Positions 12,901 to 24,900 of a DNA stretch of 64,000 nt are shown here, piece by piece. A program made the position numbers and the translations under genes. The stretch lies in contig CM059432.1 in assembly GCA_030390025.1 (NCBI GenBank), positions 152,088,001 to 152,152,000 of the forward strand, given 5' to 3'. Within the stretch, counting starts at the first letter, position 1. Every line of letters starts with the position of its first letter. This stretch comes from Squalus acanthias (Eukaryota). The notes beneath the pieces were generated by a model, which saw only the letters and a program-made list of their open reading frames with translations, was not told the DNA's origin and searched no databases.

Positions 12901-15900
12901 AAGAATTTCAAATTCAGTTCGAGGGTGAGAAAGCTAGGTCTCAAACTAGTGTCCTGAACCTAAATAAAGGTAATTATAAAGGTATGAAGGCAGACTTGCT
13001 TAAAGTGGACTGGGAAAATATATTACAGGTTAAGACTGTAGAAAAGCAGTGGCAAACATTTAAGGAGATATTTCATAACTCTCAGCAAAGATATATTCCG
13101 GTGAGAAAGAAAGACTAAGAGATGGATGAACCATCCGTGGCTAACTAAGGAAGTAAAGGATGGTATCAAATTGAAAACAAAGGCATACAATGTTGCGAAG
13201 TTTAGTGGAAGGCCAGAGGATTGGGAAATTTTTAAAAACCAGCAAAAGACGACAAAAAATGATAGCGAGAGAAGATAGCTTATGAGAGTAAGCTAGCAAG
13301 AAATATAAAAACAGACAGTAAGAGCTTCTACAGGTATATAAAAAGGAAGAGAGTAGCTAAAGTAAACGTTGGTCCCCTAGAGGATGAGTCTGGGTAATTA
13401 ATAATGGGAAACAGGGAAATGGCGGAGACTTTGAATAAATATTTTGTATCGGTCTTCACGGTGGAAGACACTAAAAGCGTCCCAATAATGGATAATCAAG
13501 GGGCTATTGGGGTGGGGGAGAACTTAAAACAATCATTATCACTAGAGAAAAAGTACTAGGCAAACTAATGGAACTAAAGGTGGACAAGTCCCCTGGACCC
13601 GATGGCCTGCATCCTAGGGTCTTAAAAGAGGTGGCTGTAGAGATAGTGGATGCATTGGTTGTAATCTACCAAAATTCCCTGGATTCTGGAGAGGTCCCAG
13701 CGGACTGGAAAACCGCAAATGTAACGCCCCTATTTAAGAAAGGAGGGAGACAGAAAGCAGGCAACTATAGACCAGTTAGCCTAACATCTGTCATTGGGAA
13801 AATGCTGGAGTCCATCATTAAGGAAGTGGTAGCAGGACATTTAGAAAATCATAATATAGTCAAGCAGAGTCAGCATGGTTTTATGAAAGGGAAATCATGT
13901 TTGACAAATTTGCAGGTGTTCTTTGAGGATGTAACGAGCAGGGTGGATAAAGGGGAACCAGTAGATGTTGTGTGTTTGGATTTCCAGAAGGCATTCGATA
14001 AGGTGCCACATAAAAGGTTACTGCACAAGATAAGAGCTCACGGGGTTGGGGGTAATTTATTAGCATGGATAGAGGATTGGTTAACTAACAGAAAACAGAG
14101 TCGGGATAAATAGGTAATTTTCAGGTTGGCAAACTGTAAGTAGTGGGGTACCGCAGGGATTGGTGCTGGGGCCTCAACTATTTACAATCTATATTAATGA
14201 CTTGGATGAAGGGACCGAGTGTAATGTAGCCAAATTTGCTGCTGATACAAAGATAGGTGGGAAAGCAAATTGTGTGGAGGACACAAAGAATCTCCAAAGG
14301 GATATAGATAGGCTAAGTGAGTGGGCAAAAATCTGGCAGCTGGAGTATAATGTGGGAAAATGAAAGGTTATCCACTTTGGTAGGAAAAATAAAAAAGCAA
14401 ATTATTATTTAAATGGGGAGGGATTACAAAATGCTGAGGTACAGAGGGATCTGGGGGTCCTTGTACATGAATCCCAAAAAGTTAGCATGCAGGTACAGCA
14501 AGTAATTAGGAAGGCAAATGGAATGTTGGCCTTTATTGCAAAGGGAATGGAGTATAAAAGTAGGGAAGTCCTGTTACAACTGTACAGGGCGTTGGTGAGA
14601 CCACATCTGGAGTACTGTGTACAGTTTTGGTCTCCTTATTTAAGGAAGGATATACTTGCATTGGAGGCAGTTCAGAGAAGGTTCACGAGGTTGATTCCGG
14701 AGATGAAGGGGTTGTCTTATGAAGAAAGGTTGAGCAGGTTGGGCCTATACTCATTGGAGTTTAGAAGAATGAGGGGGGATCTTATTGAAACATATAAGAT
14801 TCTGAAGGGGCTTAACAGGGTAGATGCAGAGAGGATGTTTCCCCTCGTGGGGGAATCTAGAACTAGGGGGCATAATTTCAGAATAAGGGGGCACCCATTT
14901 AAAACGGAAATGAGGAATTTCTTCTCAGAGGGTCGTGAATCTTTGGAATTCTCTTCCCCAGAGGGCTGTGGCGGCTGGGTCATTGAATATATTTAAGGTG
15001 GAGATAGACAGATTTTTGAACGATAAGGGAGTCGAGGGTTATGGGGAGCGGGCAGGGAAGTGGAGTTGAGGCCAAGATCAGATCAGCCATGATCTTATTG
15101 AATGGCGGAGCAGGCTCGAGGGGCCGAATGACCTACTCCTGCTCCTACGTCTTATGTCTTAACCTCGGTGATAACAGCTTCATGTTGACGGGATACTTGA
15201 GTGAACAGTCAATAATCTCACTCAATTCCCTCCTTTTCTACCTTGCTTAATGGACATTCATTAATTGTATACCTTTGTTTCCTGTTCCAACATCTATTAC
15301 TGTACATTTATATACACATTAAAAACCATTTGCCATAGTTTTGCCACCTGCTTAATTGGACCAAATGTCTCTGAATGTTGTTAATCTCCCCGACGCTAAT
15401 CACTTGGTCACATAACTTGGTGTCATTAGTGCATTTTGTAATTATACAAAATTTTGGTGTACTGACATGCTGTGACATTGTTTGCCATTTTATTGTAGAC
15501 CCTGGTTTTTGAAAAAACACATTAAAACTCAAATTTGCACCATGTTCTAGGTGGAACATTCCTGACACATTTAACCTTTTGATTTCCCTCTCACTTGTAC
15601 TCATTCACCAATTCTCATTTTCACTTGACCATTTGATTTAAGGTGCTCATGCATTTATTTTCTTTGTCTTATTCACTGTAATTATGCAATATTTCTTTTT
15701 ACTTTATTTTTCTTATTACAATTTATTCCAGTGCAAATAGTCTTGAAAATGCTGTTTAATAATAACACACTAGCTCCACTGTGTTTCAGAGTAGGAAAGT
15801 CAGGTTTGTTCTAATTGAAAGTTCTTGTAACTATTCCTGGTGCTAAAAGGTGGTTGGTTGACCTGCACGACTACAAATATGTATTGCCTGTTTATCTGTG

Positions 15901-18900
15901 GCTGCATCTAAAATACATCAGCTTTGACAGGACACAATTAGAACTGCTGCATAGGTATTGGAAGGAATTTGTCCTGTAATGTTAATCAACACTGGATAAG
16001 AAGACGCGATGTGTCATCCCAGAATTGAAAGAAGCTTGGTTCATTTTTCAGTTCGTGGGACTGAAGGTCTGCATACTTTGTAAAGTAATTACTGAAATAC
16101 ACTGGAGTTCACTTTCTTCATTTTACCAGTCACTGACTTTGGATTTAGAGGGATGGCTAGTTTATCAAAGATGCTGGAGAGGGAGAAGCTGTGGAAGTTT
16201 CTGAGCACAAAGTTACTTGCGTGCGAACCTAGGCCATGTGAGTGACCTTACTGTGCATGCAATGTGATGCACTATACATAGCTTGAAAAGGGTGGCAAAA
16301 CTTCCTAATCAAGGATTTGATGCTGAAGCTTACATTTGAGTTAAGGTGGCAGTTAATGAGGTTCCAGTAGGTACAGGCAATGTGCTCCGGTAGTTGTCAG
16401 TATATAATGTAAAGTATAAGAGAATCATCTTTGTTTTATCCTTAGACTACTTGATTGGTTTGTTCCAATAATATTGGATCTTCATGTTAAGTTTAGAAAA
16501 AGGAAGCTATGAATAATATGCTATTGTAATTGTTTCAAGATTACTCAAGGTGAAGTATCTTGTAAAGACGTGGCTTTAAAACTAAGGATTCTGAAACTTG
16601 GAGTCCATTCTGGCTTTCATTTCTAATTTGCAGGAGCCCACTATTGGATTCAAGGAATCCAAAGTGGTGTTAATGCTCTGTTTCCACTTCTGTTTTAATT
16701 TACTTTGAAAAAGTATATGCTTGTAACTTTGATGTTAACTGTCTAGTGGATGTTTATTTGGAATCACACTTGCTTTGGAGAAGCCAGTAAATGAACACTA
16801 AAGTGGTGGATGCATAAAGAAGGAGCTCCTCGGATTCTGATATGATTAACTATGGAATCAATTGCAGAATTTATGCGTTTCACTTTTGATGGCTAGCACC
16901 TTTTTTATTTATATTATCCTTTCTATATTGGCAGTAGTACTATGTTGGCTTGTACACTTCCATACATTTGGGATTCTAGCTTGCAGCCATGTTTATTATC
17001 CTTGTTCCACTACACTTTATCTGGCCAAATGGAGAAACGTGGATCTGCAGGAAGTATAATGTCTAAAAGAAATGGAAATGCTCACTCGGTAGGAATAATA
17101 CTTGGACTCCAAACCAGAAGGATGTGAGTTTGAGTCCGAGTCTGAGAGCTCTGAACTAAACCTCGTGCATTGAAGCATATCAATTAGTTGGGCTTGTAGA
17201 TGGACAGGATGAAAGGGAAGTACTTAACCTTGCACATCCTAGTTCTACTGTGCCTGCTATTGAGCTGAACATCATGGCACCAACAGCAGTATTAAAACAT
17301 TACAAGGCTCGGACTCTTCCCTACCTGGCCAGAAGATGATCTGGAAAGTGAGAAAATCTCATGCAGAGTTTACAAATAACTTAAATCCCAAGAGTGGAGG
17401 CAGTTCTAACCCAATCCTGGAACAATTATGAGTTTAATAGTGGTGGTGTGTGCTGACTTTAGTATAAAGGTCAGATTTGTTTTCTGAAAGTCAACAAAGA
17501 TGCACTGAACTCCGTCAGTGTTGATTGTATGTGGAGGAAATTAGGTTTTTCATCACAGATTGTGAAGTACTCCAATATCTTGGCAATTCACAAGAATATT
17601 AACACCGGCACAAAAGGTTTTGAACTGTATCGGAACAAGTGAGCAATATAACTCAAAATGAACTTGCCCTTTCCTGAAATCTTTCTAGTGCCTTTTAGAG
17701 CCAAGACAAACATTTTAAATTAAAAATCTAAGCTTAGTGCATGTCCAATATTTGTGCCTCAAGTGGTTGTTTGGATGTCCGGATTTTATTTGTTTTGAGG
17801 TACATTTACATTGAATTATGCCAAAATCAAGCCAGATGCAAGAAAAAAAAAAGCATATCTTCTGGTGATGCTGGAATTCTGAGCCAGCTATATTTGTGAG
17901 AGTTAATGGAGAACAGCCAAATATTTAGTTGGATAATGACATCTGAAGAGTAAATTGAAGGTCCGGATGGATTCTGTTTTTCCATATTAAAGTTGAATTT
18001 AAAAAAAATGTTAATGTTAAAGAAATGCTTACACTGCTAGGTGTTGTGCTCATGATTTCATGATGTACTGTATAAATTGATCCTAGTCTTTGGTGTCTGT
18101 CCAGATGAGGCTTGAGCCTATTATTGAAGATGCACTTGAACATGAGCAGAAAAAGTCCACCAAGCGGACTTTGCCAGCAGACTGCGGTGATTCTCTGGCA
18201 AAGCGAGGCAGTGTAAGGACTTCTGCTTACCTTTTCGTTGTACAAGACTGCTTGTGCAAGAATACAATCAAGTGTTAGATATAGGATTAGCTTTTACCTA
18301 CGTATAACACTTAACCTGTTAAAGGACTTAGTTTGGTCTTTTTATACAAAACTTTCAACTCCCCTTCAGCTCTCAGCCCTCCTAAATCTAACACTTGACA
18401 CAGAAGCTCTTCAGTCCTCAAAGGCCACAAAAACAGCATCTAGTACGTTGCTGTTTCATCTGAATAGTCTTCATTTTCATCATATTTTACATGCTGAAAT
18501 TGGCAGTCATCATTTTTAAAACAGTTTGAGATGGAATGTTCAGGGGGAAAGTACTGATGTGAGGTCTCTGCTGAAAGTTGTTCACGAATTGTTTAATATA
18601 GTACAAATGTTTTGCTGGGAAAAAAACTTAATTCAATGAGCTGAGATTCATATAAATATATATTTCGGTTTTTGTGGCCTAAAGCAGTGAGACATTTTGC
18701 ATAATTTAACAAGTGGATAGTAGAATAATTCAGATTTATATTTCATTGTAAACAATGTGTTCTACTTGGGCTATTTCTCTTCCTATTGTTTTTGATTTTT
18801 TTTCTTTTGTCATCTTTCTCTACTTTTTTTCCTCACCTTTCAAATGCTGTCAGCTGTTTGCACTGTTAATCCTTTTCTAGCCTAGACCAGCTAAAATGCC

Positions 18901-21900
18901 CTTTGAAGATGCATAGTTTTTTCATATATATATATTTTTTTGAAGGGGTACTCATTAATTTATTGTGTGTATGTGTAACTTGTTCAGTGCTGTCTTTTCA
19001 CGGAGAAATCCGAACTCACTGGAATGCAAACTCCAGGTTTGAACCTGCTGTCTTTAACACGCAAAGCACTACTCTGATATCTAGTCTCTAGCGATAACTT
19101 TTTGTTCTCTCTGCATTGTTTAAAAAAAAATTAAAGGTTCAGGATGGAGGGTATGGTAGATTGATGTTATGGTACTGGGCTAGCACCCAGAGGTTATGAG
19201 TTCAAAGCCCAATATGGCAAATTGTGAAACTAAATTCAACAAAGTTGGCACCAGAAAATGACCATGAAAGTTGCTGGCTAGCCATAAAACCCAACTGGTT
19301 CACTTAAGCCCTTTAGGGAACGAACCTGTCTTGCACATGACTCCAGTCTCATACAGCGTGGTTGACTCTTAACGTTCTCTGGGTAACTAGGAATGGGTAA
19401 TAAATACTATATTGCTCACATTCCAGGGACAACTAATAATAAATATAAGTTTTCACCTAACCTGCAGTCATTACTGATTTGGAGGAGATAGTTATTTTAA
19501 AAGTCAAGGAGCACATTGCTTGCTTGTCTTAGCTAAGCATGGGAAACCGAGCAATGTTTACTTGAGGTGATTCAACTTCAGAGATTTCATTCAAGTGGAA
19601 TCTTTATAGGGCTTTTTAATGGTTTTATCAAAACTTAGAGCAGAACTTCAAGATATCACTGCTTAAAGAGGAAAAAGTCTTTTTTTTAACCTTTACAGAA
19701 GAAAATAATAAGCTTATCTTAAATTTATATTTTTTGGGGGGAAATTATCAGTTTTGCTTCCAACATGCAGAACCTTGAACAGAGTCTGTCCCTGCAAGGT
19801 GGCTTTGCAAAATGAAATATGAGGGACTGCTTCAGAGCTCCCCAAGTCCAGGAAATGTTAGGCCAGAATTTGCTGTTGCAGGGCTTCTAATGACATTAGT
19901 TAGACTTGGCCCTGCACCCTTCAATGCAAAACATTTTTGCTCACAAAGTTGCTGAAAGTGTGAGCTGATAACGGCACAGCGAGGGGGGTGGGGGGAAAGG
20001 GCATCTGGGACCTGAGTAAACGGCATCTCCTTAACCAATGAGATTTAAGGATTATGAAATAAACGCAGGAATGACTGAGAAAGAGGGTGAATTAAAGGAG
20101 ATGAATTCGATGTCAAATCAGGTACAGAAAGAAAGATAGAGAGGGAAAGAAGGATTGGAGTAAGAGAGAAAAGAGACAGAAAGGGAAAGTAAGAACATTT
20201 TACACTTTTAAAATCTCCCTGAAAAATTCAAACCCAGGGCCAGAGAGGTAGGTATTTTTGCATAGCTAACAGTGGAGCGGCGCAATTCGTAGAGCAACCT
20301 TCCTTGGATATTCACATTTAACCCCCTGAAGTTGCTGTACCATTTACCCATAAATAACGGCAAGCGCCATTAGCCTTGCTGTTATTTTGACAGCAAAATC
20401 TGGCCCAATGGTCCAAATCTTGCTGGAGCGGGGCATCTTGAGGTGTGCGCCTTTGGACGTTTTCCTGCACCTTTTAGCGTGAAATTTTTTTGCCCTGTAT
20501 TTTGCTGCATGTGCGAGCTAATAACAGGAGGGCAGTGGGGCGTCTGGAACCTTGGTGGACGACGGTACCAACAGTCTGTCTCCTTAACCAATGAGATTTA
20601 GGGATTGAGAAAGGAACGAAGGAGAAGGAGGGTCAATTGGAGTCAAAGCAGGTATAAAAAGAGAAATGAGAGCGAAAGAAAGATTGCATCAAGAGAGGAA
20701 AAAGGCAGAAAGGAAAAGTATTTTTAAAATCTCAATTTACTACATGCAGGAATGAGACTAAACAGTTTAAATTGTTCCCTTTCTGGGCTGGAGAGGTTGA
20801 TTGGTATTGCATTACTATTATAGCGTCATTAAAAGGATACTTGCACTGTAAAGTACGAGCACTAACTTTTTGTGGCGAGTTTAATGGGCCATTAATGTGA
20901 AAATGCAGCAAGTTCTTAAAAATAATGGGGAAGTTGAGGGCGAGGCAAACGGTGGAGCGGCGTAAATTGACCAAGTTCTGGTGATTTGCAACCCCTGGCG
21001 TATCTCTTTGCCTGAACTTGCTGGCGGGTTTGTGCATTAATAACGGCTTGCATCGTGAACTCACCGTTCTTTTTCCAGCAAGATTTGTGCCAATATATTG
21101 GGTTGGGAGCATGATTCTGTGTGGTTGGGCAGCTCCGGATATATCTCAGGCCAGCTTTAAGTGGCTGTTTGAAATGGAATTGCTTTGGCACGCTTCATTT
21201 AATTGATGTCCTGGAGACATACACTTGAGGATCTCTATGTAGCAGAAAAATTTCCATTTTCCAAAAAATGTTAAAGATGGTTTTATCATTTTTCCTTTAT
21301 AAAAAGAAGTACTTTCATTAAAAAGTACTTCCCATAGTCACCCTTTTTAAGCTGCATTATCTTATCTTTCAATTTTTGATTTAGAATGAAGATGCAACAA
21401 AAAGCAGTGAGAATCTGCACAGGACGGTATATACCATAATTGATAAACATTTCCCCAAATGTTTTTTATGTGTCATTTTCATAGTCCAGTAATAATAATC
21501 CTTGTTGGATTTGATACTGGATCTGAAAATGAATACAACTTTGTGGTTAACACTTTCCTAATGAATGCTTAAGCAGAATAATCTTTAATTCAGGGTTTCT
21601 GAATCTAGGATTACATCTGTGCTTTTGTTCACAAAGCTGGAAAGAAAAAAATCTGCTAAGATTTGTTCTCCCCTGCAAAAGCCTCCCTCCTATTGGCAGA
21701 TTATGGAGCATCTTTGCTGCCCGTGGAGCTGACAGAGTGTGGTGGGAGAGAAACGGAAAGGATCCAGAGCAGGGGAAGAAAAAGAGAAACAAATATGTTC
21801 CCATCATTCTGTAATTAATAATTTCTTAAACCAAATTGGAGCAGAGCCTATAATGGCTTCACTTTTCTTGAAAAGTTGCTTTGTACAATGACGCATACCA

Positions 21901-24900
21901 TTTGTTCTGGCTAAAGTGCTATATGTTGCAGAGAAATAGCTTTAAAGAATATTGTAGCAGTATGGAGTCTTTTATGTTCTCCTCAAAGGACTTTCAGTTT
22001 CTCTGTCTGTCAAAGCTCTCAGTTGGTAGCACTCTTCTCTCTGCTAGACGGTTGAGAGTTCAAATCCCACGCCAGGACTTGTGCACATCATCAAGGCTGA
22101 CGCAACAGTGCCATAACAAGGGAGTGCTGCATTTTCCGAGGTGCCATTTGTTGAATGAGACTTTAGAGTCTACCTGTTCAAGTGGATATTAAAGGTTCCA
22201 TGGTACTATTAGAAGGGCAGGGAGTTCTCCTCGTATCCTGGCCAACCGCCATCCTTCAACCAACACCACCAAAAAAAACCCAGATTAATTGGTTGTTAAA
22301 TCTCATTTGCTGTCTGCAAATCTTGCTGTGTGCCAAATTGGCTGCCATATTTGCATACTTGACATTGACTGTAATTGAAAAATAATTCACTGGTTTTGAA
22401 GTGCTTTTGGTCTTATTGGGAATATGATGAGGTGCTATGTAAATGCAAGTTTGTTCTTTCTGAAAGCACATATTTTACACACCCAAACTTTCAGAATAGT
22501 CCAACTTACGGATTTATATTTGAAGTTTTGTACTCATTAAGGCGAAGAAGGTCAATGCTGCAGTATTGATCCAATTCTTTGTTTGACTCTCAGGTTAGAT
22601 CCAGGGGAATGGGGCCTTTGCTTTATTCTGACAATTCCCATACCCAACTTTAGAACAGTTCTCCTTAATGTACCAATATTGTATTTCCGCTTCACATGCC
22701 AGTTGTCCTTGCAGTCTCTCTGAACAGTATTGCAACTTTGTGCTAAATTACATGCAGTTTTGTGTCGTGGAACAAGCTTGATGGGAATGTCCAAACTCAC
22801 TTAAAATGGGGCTAGTGGTGCTAACTTCCAACTAAGTCCTGGAAGTGAAAGGCAGTGTGCCAGTCCCAGGACAGTCTGGCTCTCTTTCGTAAGTTGGGAA
22901 CCTGGGAATATGTTTATGCATCTCTGGTCTCAACTAATTTTCATTTTTTGAGTGTACTGCCTAGTTTCATGTTAGTCAGTGTAGTTTAGCTGGTTCTGTA
23001 ACATTGCCAGTAGATCCATATGAGTTGACTACTATTCAATATTGGACTAAAATTATTTTTTCTTAACAAAAATTCATATTTCTGTACAAGTTGAGTTCTG
23101 TAAATCTACCTGTTCTAGTTTTATACTAATATCGGCATCGAACTATCTGTAGAAATTGAAGAAAATAAATATAGTGAAAAGCAACTAACTTAATAGCTTA
23201 ACATGGCTTAACTAGGACTTGTACGTTTACAGTTTCTATCCTGTGGTGTGCAAGAGAGTTAATTAGAGTAATCATTTTGTGCTAAACGATACTAAAACCA
23301 TATCATCTGGAAACTAAACTACAGAATAGTGTTTTCATTACCTCAGTTCTTGAGGTTTGTTTACATGTTTGAAGTAAGAGCCTGTGATTGAAATTAAGAT
23401 AATGCAGCAAGACCACTGCAGGCGTTTTACTAAATGTGTTCTACTACTTCACAGCACGTTATTTGTGTTAATACATGCTTAGTTTGAAATCTGCACCTTT
23501 GCTTACCTGGTTCATTTTTCTGATTATACAGTGGCAATTTTTCATGGTGCCTCCAAAAACAGGCAATTTGATCTATTCTTTTTGCTATCCTCAGTGATTT
23601 ATCATTTATATTTAGAAAATGTTCAATTCTCAGTTGTTCTGCTTTCTTCCCCCTCCTAATACATAAATTCACGATTCATTTGTACCTAATAGGAGCTTTC
23701 CCCCCCCCCCCCCCTGTTTTTGTAAAGAATTTGAAGTCCTAATCTCTACTCTTTTTTTAAATACTACAGTGCTCCCCTTGGCCAGATAATGCATATGTGA
23801 ACAGCAGTCCTGCTACCACTCCAGCCTTTACGTCTGGACAAATCAGTACTTACAGTGTTCCTGACAGGTACAGTGATATTTATACAGTTTAATGTACAGT
23901 AGTTGCATTAAGACTTGATAAATTTAAGCATCTGTCCTGATTGTTTAACGCATAAAAGTCAAAATTCCTATTCAGGACTTGGGCAGTACAGATTTATAGT
24001 ACTATGATCTTTTTCCTTATTTAAAAATGCGTGAAGTTGGAACTGCAACTCATAAATGCTGTTGTTTTGCAGTAACTCCTCTTCACCAAATCATCAAGGA
24101 GAAGGGACACCACAGTTTGTAGTGGAGGTATGTGTCTCCCCACAGCAGTAAAGCTAGAGGATTACTTCTGGTGGGCAATGCACAGTTTACCTTTATCAAA
24201 AAGTAAAACTATTTAATTTTTGGTTATGGAAACGATATCCAGTCTTATTTTGAGGCATTAAACTATTCACCTCTGCACAGCATTGAATAGATTTGCTCAT
24301 TGAGTCTGGGATAAGATCTGTGATCTTTTAAAATAAAATGGATTAGCTATGATTGAAAACTGCTTCCTTGTCTGTCTTGCCATACTCCTGCTCAACAGGA
24401 TTATTATATTGCTCAATGTCCCGCAAAAAGTTGTTGAACTGAGAATATAAAAGTGTTAACATTTAAAAGTATTCAACTCTTCACACAAATTAAGTATTTC
24501 TCCGCTAAGTGTAACAGCATTAAATTTTAAAAAGTTTATTCTGAGTGTAGAAATTAAGAAATTTCCATGTTCTGCAAATAATCAGTATTTAAAAATGTTG
24601 TTGCTTTCACAGGCATTCAAATAAAATAAATGTTGAGGTGCCCTACCCCTGTTCCCCAGTTAGACATAGTGGTGTTAGACATAGTGGTGTTCCTCAGGGG
24701 TCGGTTCTAGGACCACTGCTTTTCTTGATATATATTAATGACTTGGACATGGGTGTACAGGGCACAATTTCAAAATTTGCAGATGACACAAAACTTGGAA
24801 GTATAGTGAACAGTGAGGAGGATAGTGATAGACTTCAAGAGGCTGGTGGAATGGGCGGACATGTGGCAGATGAAATTTAACGCAGAAAAGTGCGAAGTGA

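Noticed and set aside
23501..23552. Possible 15-nt microexon (tatacag|TGGCAATTTTTCATG|gtgcct)
   Set aside because: The donor is very weak and I recognise no homologous peptide.
24659..24691. 15-bp tandem duplication gttagacatagtggt at a CR1 5' junction
   Set aside because: Only two units; ordinary slippage or junction repair, not an array.
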